Assembly: GCA_052426225.1 (NCBI GenBank)
Contig: JBNJNM010000021.1
Span: 62,001-126,000 of the forward strand
Length of the DNA stretch: 64,000 bases
DNA from: Zancudomyces culisetae HAW-14-8
Lineage: Eukaryota > Fungi > Kickxellomycota
Direction of reading: 5' to 3'
The notes beneath the pieces were generated by a model that had not been told where the DNA came from, searched no databases, and was given only the letters and a program-made list of their open reading frames with translations. A program made the translations under genes and the position numbers. Positions 51,116-63,560 of the stretch are shown here, in pieces; the stretch's first letter is position 1; every line of letters begins with the position of its first letter.

Positions 51116-52181
51116 AAAGAATGGATATAAATGGCTATGTTTTTTTAGCACATGTTTTCCATGGCTTTTGCCAGTTCTTGAGTTAGTTTTTCTCTATATT
51201 TTTATCTTTTGTTTTATTTTCTGTATTTTATTTACATTTATATTTTGTTAACACCATCTCTTTTTTTTTGTTATTTGTTAAGATCGCCAAATATGAAGAT
51301 GTGATTCAAGCCAGATCAAGGTGCGCCCACACGAATATATGTACACGTATATATTGTGCACATAGATGCACGTGTTGTCAGAATTTTATCCATAACCATG
51401 CATTGGTTCCTGCACTAATACGAACATGAAAAAAATACTTATATCCAAAGAGTGGGTGTGGAATGGTTATTGTCTTGTTAATTGTTATCGGACAATTAAA
51501 CTAGAGTTGAGGTAATCATACCATCAAGACTTTTTTAAGAATGGGCATAAATGTTATTCCATTAAATTGAAACGCGTGAAAGCTTATAGTATTTAATTCG
51601 GATCTAACAATGCGATATAACTTTTTGTATCCATTTTCCCCATTTGTATAATTCGAAATATCGATATCTCCCCCTATTTCCCTATTTGCTAATTGTTTCT
51701 AATTTAACAATTGTTTGTTTTTATTTGCACTGGCGGTTAATTGTTGAGTCAATTTTACATAAAGGTAATCGGAAAAACACAATCAAAAAATTTACTTCCT
51801 CCCCTCCCATCCTTTTCCCTCTTTGGTACATAAACAAAATTGACTTTGCTCTAGAAAACTTCAAACAATTTAGCAGAAGTACAAAATTTTTTTTTTGTTT
51901 TGTTGCTTTTCCTTAAGAATAATAGCATGTGTTATTATTAGAAAAGTATACGTATTTATCGCATCCACCCCCCCCTTTTCCTCCCTTTAGATTCCGTGTA
52001 TATATAGAGGAATACCAGCTGTGAATGCTGACATGAAAAAGATCGGCGGAAACAAACTCGAAATTGTGATCAGAATATCGCGCTAGTAAGCGTAAATGCG
52101 GTGGGGAGAAAAATACAAAAGTTGTGAAGGTGTGTCGGAGGGTAAAACTGTATATATAGTATATAAAAACATAAGAAAAAT

Positions 52182-54821
52182 ATGGAACGAGCAGACGAGA
52201 TACCGTTCTGTAGCATAGGGTTGGATTCTGCCCTGGAAGCAGAGAACGAGGCAGCAAGAAAACTGCTAAATCCAAATTTGGAGCATTACCACACAGTGTG
52301 TCCATTAAAACCTTTTTCGCACATGATATTGTCGTATAGTACAAAGAGGCGTACGAGTAAAAGCGTAGAGACAGGTGAAAGTAGCGGTGGCTTTGAAGAT
52401 GGTTTACACAAGGTTGGATTAGAAGAGATTAAGGAAGGTAAAATAGAATATTTGTCAGAGGGGTTGGTGAGAAAGCTCGGGCATCTAAACCAAAAGCACC
52501 GAAGACAGGGATTGATTGGAAAAAAGGTTTCAACTTTTTTGAAATTCGAAGCTGCAAAGGGCACAGAATATTACAGCTTTGGGCCCTTTCGAAAAAAGAA
52601 TAACAGCAGCTCTAGCCATAATAGCGGTAGTATTAGTGAGAATATAAACGGTATAAGTAGTAGAACATTGCCAAACAATAGTAGAGATGCTAGTAGTCAG
52701 GGCAGAAAGGGAGACGATAAAAACAAGGAACCCCAAGGACTCTGGGGTGCTATTAAAAGATTAACCTCTGCGGGAAAAGATGAATGCGGGGAAGTTGAGC
52801 GAGAAGGTGGGATGGAGGTACAGGAGGGTACTATCCGAGAACAACGAAAAAGAGGAGAAGGTGAGGGCGAGAGAGAAGAGGAGGGTGAGGGTGAGGGTGA
52901 ATACGAGGAGGAGCAAGGTAAAGATGAAGAAACGGCAGGTACAGTGGAATTAAAATGTATTGGAAAAGAGGGTACAGGAGAAGTATATGTAGGACAGCTA
53001 ATGGATGGGCAAGGAAAAGAAATGATAGTGGTTGTGTGTGGGCATGGATTCACCAAGGAAACAGCAGAGAGGTGGTGGGATTGGAACACAAAGACAAACA
53101 AGGTACACGGACTTGGAGAGGATGTTCCTAAAGTACGAAGTGCTTTGTGTGTTGTATATATGGCTGAAATTACAATATTGCACAGGATTGCGTGCTTTGG
53201 TTTGGACAACATTCTGCCTTCACCAATCAACTTTAACACCAAGCCAAACGAGGCTATATGGTCAAGTATATACAACATTCACAGCAACAACAACGACAAT
53301 AGCAGTTTGGGCTCAGAAAAGCGATGGATGTCGCTACTCTTATCACGGCATGGAATAGTTGAAATGGGGTATCCATTGACTCCTACGGCTATAAATATTG
53401 GTGATGAACATGAAACCGTAATGGTGGCCGAACGCGTAGCATTATCTGGAGTTCTAGGCGAGTCACTGCTGAGCCTTGTGCATCCGGAAGACTGTTATCG
53501 GTTGATCAAGGCATTGCGAATAGCATGGGACGCGCGACCAGACGTGTACTATTACTATTATCATGACAGAAATAGATATACTCGGTCAAGAAACATGGCC
53601 GAGTTTCTGCAAACACGAGCGAAAAACTTGCGAGAATGGAGGGCACAGGGGATTCAAGTTAATAACTCGGTTGTAGAGCTAACTGTGCAGATGCGAGATA
53701 TCTCTGTATACTCGGCGCTAGATGGAGCGATAGAGGAGGCTGAATGGCGGCCTTTTGATTGGGGAAATACCAGCGAGGTTGATCGTGGGTGTCGGTTCGT
53801 CAAACTGAAGCTCTGTCGATGGCCGGCAATTATAACACCACCCAGACCCAAGTTCCATCAATTCTCTCGATTTTATGATGATCCCGACCAATCCACTGCG
53901 AACAAGCTTGGTGGTAACAACGATGACCAGGCGGGCTTTGTTTTGGTTGCTATACAGCCCTTAGAAGACAGAAAGAAAGAAATGAAGATTAGCTCTGCTT
54001 TTGCTGCTCACACCTTGAGTCTTGTTGACCGCAACAAATCAGTATCTTCATACACTCGCCTTTCTGCTCAGCCTGGCGAGCGTCTGTATCCCTTTACTAG
54101 CGAGCTTGACCTATATAGCTTATCCTTGGCTGATGCCCAACCAGATGAAGCAGATGGACAGACTCCCGATGGGAATACTGATGATAACACCCGTCCGGGC
54201 TCCTCTTTGGAGATTGTTAGCTCTTCTTTTGTTGAGGAGCAATATCAGAAAAACGACATCCAGTCTAATTCTGGTTCAGAAACCAACAAGAACAGCATGG
54301 TGAAAAATGCATCCAACTCTCCAGCTGATGACTATCTTGGCCCGTCTTACGATTTACTTGTTCCTATTGATTCTGATTACCACGCCTCTATTTCAAGAAA
54401 TTACACTAGAAGAAACAGCTTGTTTGTAGGATATGGAGATCATTTAAATCTATCAAACAGCAGTGGAACTAGGATCGGCAATTTGTTAGAATTTGATACT
54501 AGTGGTGTTCCTGAAGATCCGGAACGACCCTTGTTGCAAAATACTACTGCCAACTTTGAACCGCACAGAAAAAATGAGCTGGACAATGGTCTTCCCAAAC
54601 AAAGTGGTGAATGTCAAGATAAGATCGATATTAACGATTTCACTTTATCTGAAAACTCTGAGCCTTTCAAAAACAATGCGAAAAATGTACTTTATAAAAA
54701 TGGTGGAGCTGGCGGCAAGAAGTCTCTTGGGTTTTTACCTAGACAAAAGAGGTTATGGCCCATCCGAACCACCACTTTGGTGCAAGCCCAACTGACTGCT
54801 TATAACAAGATGAAGATGTAA
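52182..54821 (+). CDS. Hypothetical 879-aa protein with PAS-like segment
   Basis: Long ATG ORF. LLSRHGIV...VLGESLLSLVHPEDCYRLIKALR resembles the PAS G.S....VHPED motif. Confidence 0.75.
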   Translation: MERADEIPFCSIGLDSALEAENEAARKLLNPNLEHYHTVCPLKPFSHMILSYSTKRRTSKSVETGESSGGFEDGLHKVGLEEIKEGKIEYLSEGLVRKLGHLNQKHRRQGLIGKKVSTFLKFEAAKGTEYYSFGPFRKKNNSSSSHNSGSISENINGISSRTLPNNSRDASSQGRKGDDKNKEPQGLWGAIKRLTSAGKDECGEVEREGGMEVQEGTIREQRKRGEGEGEREEEGEGEGEYEEEQGKDEETAGTVELKCIGKEGTGEVYVGQLMDGQGKEMIVVVCGHGFTKETAERWWDWNTKTNKVHGLGEDVPKVRSALCVVYMAEITILHRIACFGLDNILPSPINFNTKPNEAIWSSIYNIHSNNNDNSSLGSEKRWMSLLLSRHGIVEMGYPLTPTAINIGDEHETVMVAERVALSGVLGESLLSLVHPEDCYRLIKALRIAWDARPDVYYYYYHDRNRYTRSRNMAEFLQTRAKNLREWRAQGIQVNNSVVELTVQMRDISVYSALDGAIEEAEWRPFDWGNTSEVDRGCRFVKLKLCRWPAIITPPRPKFHQFSRFYDDPDQSTANKLGGNNDDQAGFVLVAIQPLEDRKKEMKISSAFAAHTLSLVDRNKSVSSYTRLSAQPGERLYPFTSELDLYSLSLADAQPDEADGQTPDGNTDDNTRPGSSLEIVSSSFVEEQYQKNDIQSNSGSETNKNSMVKNASNSPADDYLGPSYDLLVPIDSDYHASISRNYTRRNSLFVGYGDHLNLSNSSGTRIGNLLEFDTSGVPEDPERPLLQNTTANFEPHRKNELDNGLPKQSGECQDKIDINDFTLSENSEPFKNNAKNVLYKNGGAGGKKSLGFLPRQKRLWPIRTTTLVQAQLTAYNKMKM

Positions 54822-55423
54822 CCTTTCATTATTACATCTCTCTCCCCCCCCTCCCTCACATACACACACACACACACACACCCTTCCTTCTCTCGTAAAT
54901 AGCTTATTAATATTATCATCATGTGAACTTTTTTCAACCCCTCATTTATACTTGCAAGAAATGCCTTTTGATCTGTCATCAGCACATAAGCAACTAAAAA
55001 AAAAAATTTTTTTGTACTAAAAAATAACCGACAAATGATGTTGTCAATAATCTCAGAAATTCGCAAACCCATTTATTAACCTCACCATACGCCTTCCCAA
55101 GAAAAACCAGTATTTGCATCAAAACCAACATCTGCATTAGAACCACTAACATTTCAAAAAAATTTTGGAGGGGGAGAGGAGGGTGGGAGGGGCCTTTGTT
55201 TGGCTTTTTTTTTTGGTATTACTGTTCTGCAAATATGGATGTTATGTTATTGCTAGCACTATAATTATTGTTATCTCCAAAATAAACACAAGAAAAATAA
55301 ATCAAAGAAAATATTTGCAATTTTTTTTTAATAGGTTATCTAAAGGCATATTGTAGAATCAAAGCGTGATTAATAGAAAAGTGTGGAAAAGAAGCGAACC
55401 ATCACTTGCTCGAAAAAGTTATA

Positions 55424-56611
55424 ATGTCCAAAAAAGCAAGCATTATTCCACAGGTTAGAAGATTAGCTACGATTCCAAAGACATTTATAGTTGGGAAAAA
55501 CATATCAAACAATATTAGTGCAAGCTCGAGTAGCGTTCTTACAGGAATTAGCGAAAAAGGAGGACTAAACGCCGATAAGTACGAGAGAATGAAGCCATTT
55601 TTAAAGGTGGGGAACGGGTTTGGTGTGTTGGGAAACCAAATGTCGAGTTTGTCAACAAATTATACTCTAAAATACCGTGAAAAACTGATGGCGAAAGCGA
55701 GACGGGAGGGATATAAATCCATCGAGGAAATGAAGCAGGCATACTTTTTGAACAAGAGGAAGATCAATCTCGATAACGAAGGTGCTACAGAGTCAAGCAA
55801 ATCCAGCGAAAGCGCCCCTAGTGTCAAAGACAGCAGTAGCGTCAATGTTGGTGGGGATAGCGGCAATACTAACAGCCAAGTCAAAGGTGGGACTGGCATA
55901 GCACCTGGAAATGGTGGTGACAAGTACGCGAGCAGGAACAATTTGCCGCCAACTGTCAAATCGCTGGACAAGATTGTCAAGATGGAGCTTCTTGAAAACA
56001 AAACAGCAAAAGAGATTGAAGAAATATGGAAAGTCTACCATATGCAATCCCCAACCACCACAACACTAGACAACAAAAAGGCGACTATAGATATCAGCGC
56101 AGTCATTCCTGCAGAGTCGTACAAGAAGCTTTTGGACAACTCAACAAAAACGCCCTTTTTTATTCTACCACTACCAAGAGAACAAAAAGAAATAAATGAA
56201 GATACCAAAACCACTAGCACTGATGCTAATAACGGGGGTATTGAGTTTTATGTTGTTCAGTTTGACCATCACATGATATATTTTACATCTCTACTAGAAT
56301 ATCAAACAAAAACTAGAATATCCAGAGCAGGAGGTTCCTCACCAGGAACCGCAATGTCTGGTGCTCAGCCATATTTGATACTGACACACTACACTGACTT
56401 CATTGAATCCAAAGGAATTGTATTGATGCGAGGCGAGATTACCACAAATAGCCACATTCTAGATATCCAATCGGCCCAACTCTTGGTTATGATTATGCAG
56501 CTGTTCTATGTGACACCCAATGAGCAACGTCAAAATATAATGAATATCTTCAAAAACGATCCCTCAAAGTTCAACTACAACCAGCTGATTAATTCGATTG
56601 ATGTTATTTAA
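55424..56611 (+). CDS. ATP11: Mitochondrial F1-ATPase assembly factor Atp11
   Basis: Basic presequence, KYREKL..KARREG, VKSLDKIVK, EIEEIW..YH, PFFILPLPRE, YFTSLLEY, PYLILTHYTD..KGIVLMRGE, AQLL..QLFY. Confidence 0.93.
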   Translation: MSKKASIIPQVRRLATIPKTFIVGKNISNNISASSSSVLTGISEKGGLNADKYERMKPFLKVGNGFGVLGNQMSSLSTNYTLKYREKLMAKARREGYKSIEEMKQAYFLNKRKINLDNEGATESSKSSESAPSVKDSSSVNVGGDSGNTNSQVKGGTGIAPGNGGDKYASRNNLPPTVKSLDKIVKMELLENKTAKEIEEIWKVYHMQSPTTTTLDNKKATIDISAVIPAESYKKLLDNSTKTPFFILPLPREQKEINEDTKTTSTDANNGGIEFYVVQFDHHMIYFTSLLEYQTKTRISRAGGSSPGTAMSGAQPYLILTHYTDFIESKGIVLMRGEITTNSHILDIQSAQLLVMIMQLFYVTPNEQRQNIMNIFKNDPSKFNYNQLINSIDVI

Positions 56612-56728
56612 GCCTATCTGGAATCCGCAGTTTGAAATCTTTCTTATATCTTTCGCAGTACTCTGTATCTGCCTTGCTTAAAGCTGCCTGTTTTTCTATT
56701 GTGAAAAAAAAACATATATTAAATAAAT

Positions 56729-58724
56729 TTAGTACAAGCTATTCCTGGTATTGATGAATGCTGAATTTGGCAGCATAGTAAACACGTTGTCTTGAACTTT
56801 AGTTTATAGAGTAGAAAAGTATATATACATATATATATATATATATCCTACCTTTTTCATTTTGAAACCCTGGGTGATATCCTATCAACGCAATATTTCT
56901 GGTTGATGGGATTCTCAAAAAATCTCGATGCACGTCATATCCCATGTCATTCATTATTCGACAAACATATTCACAGTACACAGCATACTTGGATTCGCCA
57001 GCCTGTCTTGGCTTGTTGTCTCCATGATGATTGGGTTGAATTCTGTTCCCTTGAAAGTTATAATAGCAGCACGGGATTATTACACAGCTGTAAGATTTTA
57101 ATGATAGATAAATATAACGCATGTTTGTTAGGTAATTTTCATCTTTGGTTTGAATATAAAAGCATATAAAGATTATTGTTCATATTTAACTGTTCAAATA
57201 ATTCAACCATTCTTACTTTGCAAAATCCGATTTAGCTGCAATGATAGGCATCCACGGTGTTAGCTCATCCGGATGGTTTCCAATCAGCCATCTAGCATTT
57301 GTTGTATACTCATACGGAATAACATCTTGCTCGATCAGCGTATGCCCGCAGAGATTCGCCTGTGGACAATCTTCCTTGTTCATACCAGTGATTGTTTTCC
57401 AGATTTTGCGCGAGGCCTGATCGACGCCGTACCCAGGATACCCCTCACTGTTCAGAATATACACCAAAAGTCCATTTCCGCAGCCCACATCTACAAAGTA
57501 TGGTCTTTCCACACCCTCGCCTCCTTCTTGTTGGTTTTGTTCAAGGCTATTTGATTTGGACTCTTTATCATCCTTTTCCCACATTCCTATCAGCCAACTT
57601 GCTATCGCAATATCTTCATATACAAACTTTTTTGGATCTGTTTTCTCCGTCCACCGTGACACCAAGTCCTTGCCATATTTTGCTTTTAAACTCCCATAAA
57701 TCTCTTCGTATCTTTCCTTATTCACCATTACATTGTGCTCAGCGCGCCTATTTATTCCTATGTTTTGTGTAACGCACCACTTGTAAAGCTTTAGAAATAG
57801 ATCTTTCCATATACCTCCGTACTGCCCCTTTACCGATGAGTTTAGGCTAAATTCGACAACCTGTAAGCTCAACAATGCTTTAAATCTATTATCCTGCTTT
57901 TCTTCGATGTGGGTATAGCTCCATTGATACTTTCTGACCTATTTTCACGTTTTTTCTTTGTAGCGTTTATCATTTATATTGTATTACTTCGCCTATACTC
58001 CTTACCTTTGGGTAGTAAAACGGGAGATCTTTGGTGTCTTCAATGCTGTGTCTAAATTCAACGGAAACGCCTAATAGATGATTAACAACATATAATCCAG
58101 ATTAACACCTATAAATATTCTCTTTTCTTTTTAAACTGGGCGCTTTTCTTGAGGCGGCACAAGTAGAATAAAATAAAATAAAATGAAGGATATGTGTTGT
58201 CAGCGTTGGTACCTTTGTTATCTCTTGACACCTTTACAAGTTCAGTGAGCTGCGAATCTTTATCTGCTCTTTTGGGTATTAATTCCCTGAATATTTCAAA
58301 CGACACCTCTCCAGCACCATCGTAGATACCTTGCGTTTGATGGCTCTTATTTAAGAAATCATCAAGTTTGGCCTCATCATCACTGCTAATTTTTCCACTT
58401 TTAATTGGGGGGAATATCTTGTTTGGTTCATTTATCCATACTTTCTATATTTGAAACAATATTGCGAGTTTTTAAAAAAGACTTTGTATTGCCATTAGTG
58501 AAAACTATATACTTTACCATAACCTGGAAAAAATCTTCAGCTGTAAAGGAGCACACCTCCGCATAGATTATTGTTTTCCACTCGCTATGATATCTGTTTT
58601 TAGGAAAGTCATCTTCTAGGACATTTGGATCGTTTCCAAAAACAAAGACTGGCCTATACTTTGAATACGCCTCAAGACGTCTTTTCTCTTTATCGATGTC
58701 TATTGCCTCAGACAAGAGTTTCAT
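56729..58724 (-). CDS. TRM44: tRNA (uracil-2'-O)-methyltransferase Trm44 (multi-exon)
   Basis: WINEPN, RELIPKR, WTEKTDPKKFVYEDIAIASWL, FVDVGCGNGLLVYILNSEGYPGYGVD, WLIGNHPDELTPWMP, IIPCC, LRIPSTRNIA. Start and last exon approximate. Confidence 0.9.
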
Positions 58725-59229
58725 TTTCCTGATGATTTCTTTAAACGCAGTGTATAATTTTTTTGTTTCCACATCATAGTTCCCATGTACAAAGCGTAAA
58801 AGGGTGGGAAGGGAGTGCTACCTCAAAGCTCTAATTACAAATTGAAATCGAAAAATCAGGCAAAAAAAATATTTTTTTTCACCATGCCCAAAACTGTTTC
58901 AATTAACCTTCCCACCCCGCCCCCCCCCCCCCGACTCCCCAAAAACACCGATCATTTGATATTCAGTAAATGGTAATGCATTTTGGGTAAATAAAAACAC
59001 CAGCTTTAGTATTTATGAGCTAAAAGAAAATAAAACACCTACATGTAGCCTAACAATAACGCTAGATTAGCGGTAATTTTGTGCAGCTTTCTATGAAATT
59101 GGTTCTGTAATCATTCTTATCGAAGATCCTGTTGTTTTTCCTTTTGAAATTTAGTTTTAGCACAAAAGCCGTCGGAAAAAAAAAACGTTGTGTTGTTCCA
59201 CTGTTCCAGAATAATCAACTGATGTTAAT

Positions 59230-59960
59230 CCGAATTCAACCAAAGTAATCATGTGGTGGGAACTTAGTACATTTGATATTAATAACGATCTAATTCCAAA
59301 TGGTATTCCACCCATACACTCAGTTGATATATTTTAAGTATTTTTGTTTATGTGTTAGCTGGCACAATGAGATTCACACTTTTATTCGGCACCAGCAGCG
59401 TCCTTGAACTAAAAGACGTGGCAACTGCCACGTTTCATTAACACACTATTTCCAACTCAGTATTAATAACAGTGAATGGCGTTTTTGCATTGCTTTAAAG
59501 CAGATACATAGTTAAATAGTCCGCTAATATCGTGATTTTATTTACAGTAAGATTTAACATCACTTTCCCCATTTGGAAACTTTAGTAAAACCTGCTTTTA
59601 ATGTCAAATTCTTAATTTTACGTAGAATTATTCGATAGAGGAGCATTCACTTTTAACCAATGTCGTAACTGGCTTTACACTTTTTTTTTATTTGATGAGT
59701 TTAATAAATAAGCATCACATAAAACCAGAAAAATCATCTAACACAATACCTATTAAACCAACATTCCTCCGTTTCTTTAGTGACCCCATACCCACTGGCT
59801 GTTAGTTTAAAAAAAGATTTGCACAGAAGCTTGAATGATTTTTATCCAGATTTACTGGAGACTATAGCAGTTTTAGGATATTATCATAATATACCTTTAA
59901 AGGGAAAAGGAGACCGTACGTGTTCATGTACAATGATAATGGGTCATACAAATTAAAAAA
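59230..59960 (+). mobile_element. Decayed retroelement integrase remnant
   Basis: VVGT*YI...YILSIFVY (cf. VGIDY..YILVAVDY) and RPYVFMYNDNGSYKL (cf. GPY..NGTYKL). Confidence 0.3.
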
Positions 59961-61710
59961 GAGGTGGCTTGCGGGAAAATCTATTAGTTACGGAGTTGAA
60001 CTGGTATGTTTTTTTATTTCAAATTCACAGTCGAAACTCGGTCATAGATTGAACCTACTCAGTTATAGCAATATGCGCTCAGTACAACGAAAACGTAACC
60101 CCTGAAGCTTAGATGGGTGAATGGTTCACATATCTATTTGCTAACTAAGACGCATCAATCTATGTTTTGACGCTTTCTTTAGCCCATACAAAGCCTCGCA
60201 AAAATAAAAATAAAAATGTTACAAAACGCCTTGTCCCACACCATTTGCCATCATGTTAAACAGGCAAGTTGCCTAACACCTGGTCCGCAAACTGTTTTTT
60301 CTTCCTTTTAATATAATTAATTTGTTGAGTAATTTGTGAAACTAAAGCTTTCAAATTGAAAAAAAATTTAACCAATTTGTTTCGATTATTACGTCATAAA
60401 CTCTGCGACCCAGAATAGTTATACAATAGACGAATACTATTTCAACTAAAATCTATTGAATTTAAATCTTTATCAATGTTTGTACAAAGGAATAATTAAG
60501 TCACAATGTTATGATCAACAGTTAATTTTGAAAACGGGGATTTTTTTGGGGGGGGGAAAAGAAAGTTTGCATACATTCCCTCTAAATAATCTAAAAAAGC
60601 AAGAAACTGGCTTCATGGTGTTTAATTCAGTTTTGAGTTTTAATACCAAAGTATGAAACATCCTAGCATTCTGCTTGCTCAACTTTGGTCACCACGAATC
60701 TAATCTCGACATTTGCTGATTTTCTTCTCACTTATCTAAATTATGCCAATTTTGGAGATCCTTTTTCATTAAAAGTAAGATTTAGAATAACTTTTCGACA
60801 AATGAAAAATAACATAAATAGAAACCAGCCCAGGCTTGAATAGCGGAATACTTGCATGATACTGTATTTCCTTGTATTAAGTAAGGCTCTTAATTGTTAT
60901 GATTTTAAGTAATTTGCGCTAGAATGCTGTCCTTACAACTCCTTTTGAATAATATAATTTAATGAAACGATTCGGCTAATTTCACATGTGGGCGTGAGCA
61001 ATCAATAGTAAAGCTTAGCTGAGCTGTCACATCTTAATTACCAAATTTTCTTTAGCTCAGTAAATTTGCTCCGAAATTGTTGGGAGTTATAATTAACACG
61101 TTGCAATAATGGCTTTGAGTTGTATCTAAACAAATGCATATATTTTTTTTGTTACATTTGTACACAAAAGTAAAGCTTTTGAATCATTTCCTTAAAATGT
61201 ACACATAAATGCCCCCAAAAAAAATCCTTCTCTACCACCACCACTTCCCCACAACTTAGTACAACTTTTGAAAAACAACGAGTTTCTGTTGGTATTTTTA
61301 TTTACCTTATAAAACCATCTGATCAAAAAAATTAACATATTAATTATTATTCCAAACCACATAACAAGAAATGTATGTTATCTTCAATTGTGTCGCACAA
61401 ACTACAGTAAAAAAAACGCACTTTTTTTTTTGGTTCTGCTGGTACTTCTCATATGTATTTATTTATGTAATAAATTGTAGCAGTTTCTTTAAGCTTGGAT
61501 ATTTCTTGAACGATCCCTGTCTAAATTATGTAAAACGTGGGTAATTTTCACCTTGATTATTCCTGATTTATTTGATAATCATTTGTAAAGCAAGCTATTT
61601 ATTCTTGAATTGAAATATTCTAAATCTTCAGCATTTTTAACTTGTCGTTGGCTGCAGTGCATGCATACTACTGATATACATTTGAAATTAGGAAAATCTG
61701 CTCCTTGAAA

Positions 61711-62352
61711 CTACAAACAAATACCTGCAATTATCGTCAAGAAAATCGAGAGTAGATGTGCTGCTCCAAGCTGCAGACTTTGGTAGCCTCTGGAAAAGAC
61801 AATGACATTCTTAGTCGAACTTGGTACAGCATTAAGTGAGGAATTAGTGGTGTTAGATATTGGGAATGGTGTCTCATCGAATCCTTCTTCCGTGAGCGTA
61901 CTTGTTAACATTGAATCTTCATTATTTACGCTTTCCAATTGGGGATCCAAAAAACTTGGTATCTCAGACTCCATTGGTACACTGTTGCTTCCTCCAGATA
62001 CGGAGTTTTGTTTATCTAAAGCCACCGAATTTGCTACTTGCTGCGTTAGAATGGTCAAAGTTGATGTATTCTCATTGACGTCATTTTGGCCCACTTCAAT
62101 GTTATCTTTCACATCCTCCAGTTCACTAGACCTAAATGTTTCAATTTGTGCCTTGGATATCCCTAAAATCATTGGTACTACCGATGATGATTGTTCTATA
62201 TGTTTAACATCTAATCCCACTGTTTGCACAACGCTATTGGTGTTTGTGGGTATTTGCGTAGAATCTTCTGTGTTATTACCTCCGGCTGTGAGTGTACCCT
62301 GTCCCACAACAGTGACTAGAAAATATAATATTGCTATTCCTTTTGAGTACAT
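61711..62352 (-). CDS. Secreted S/T/N-rich, probably GPI-anchored surface protein
   Basis: Signal MYSKGIAILYFLVTVVG, low-complexity acidic S/T body, hydrophobic C-terminus SRG...LLSIFLTIIAGICL. Confidence 0.75.
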   Translation of the reverse strand: MYSKGIAILYFLVTVVGQGTLTAGGNNTEDSTQIPTNTNSVVQTVGLDVKHIEQSSSVVPMILGISKAQIETFRSSELEDVKDNIEVGQNDVNENTSTLTILTQQVANSVALDKQNSVSGGSNSVPMESEIPSFLDPQLESVNNEDSMLTSTLTEEGFDETPFPISNTTNSSLNAVPSSTKNVIVFSRGYQSLQLGAAHLLSIFLTIIAGICL

Positions 62353-63049
62353 ATTTAACTGAATGTATGCTTGTTTATATATACTGCACAATGTTTAGCT
62401 GTTAATGGTATTTAGTTGAAGATGTTATTTTTTAACTATCTTCAATACTTTTTATATGAAAACCATAGTATATATCTTTTCAAATACATAATATATCAAG
62501 GATGTATCCAGAAGCTAAGCCATGTCTTTAGAGTACTAGTATTCAGTATGGATAAGTACAACCAAGAAAAAAAACAATGAGCAAGGAACAGGGGACAGGA
62601 GACAGGAGACAAGTAGCAGAGAACAGGGAATAAGGAGCAATGAACAATGAACAATAAAAAAGAAACAGGGAACAAGAAAAGGGGTACAAGCGATAGCATA
62701 TTGTGTTTGTAAATCATCAATTTTGGTGTGTATGATCTACAAAAGTAACTTTTTGAACACAGTGACTGAATACTAGCTGTATTGGATATACTTTATATTC
62801 TTACACATCAGCACATATACAAATGCTTACGCCTAGTTTTTTTACTTTTTTTACCAAAAAAGAATAATAGTAAATAAAATAAACGTTAATCATCATTTCG
62901 GGCCTAATTCCAGTAAACTACTCCGATATGTCCTTTAACAATCACATTATTAATAATGAAACTGTCATTTCAGTTTGTTTTATTATTTTTGTTTTTTAAA
63001 ATCGCACCTGGCAAATAAATACACAAAGATTTTCCCAATGATTAATTTT

Positions 63050-63560
63050 GGTTTTTAAATCATTACATAATTACGTATTTGGAAATATGAAAAGAGCAAA
63101 GCCATTTGAATTGCTGGGAAGCCTCTCATTGGTAATTAACATGCGCGGAAAATTAAGCCTTCTCATTTTTGTCTTTGTTGAAAAAACGGATAATTTAAAT
63201 TTTGCTGAAATGAGGGATTATCAATTCAGATGAAATTTCAGTTTAATGAAACAGTTAGTGTTTTTACCAAGTAAAATCAAGATAAACAGCAGGTATAGCA
63301 TAATTAAATATACCAGGGTCCTTGAAAAGCTACTTTAATCATCAACCCAAAGAAATTTGGTACTTTTTTGTTTGTGAAGAAACGTATATTTGGAGATGAG
63401 TGCATATTAAATGTACTTAATTTATGCTACGCATTTTTGTCCAAAGCTCAATATTTGGATAGCACGGATTGTCTGTTTGAGATAAGTTTCTTCCGTGCCA
63501 TCACTATGATCAATTGCTCATTATTGGTGTTTTTGAGTAATACCAGCCTTTCCGAGTGAG
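63050..63560 (+). mobile_element. Decayed reverse-transcriptase remnant
   Basis: KRAKPFELL (cf. MPFGL), RVLEKL, LIINPKKF..IFG (cf. LKINPKKC..FLG). Confidence 0.35.
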
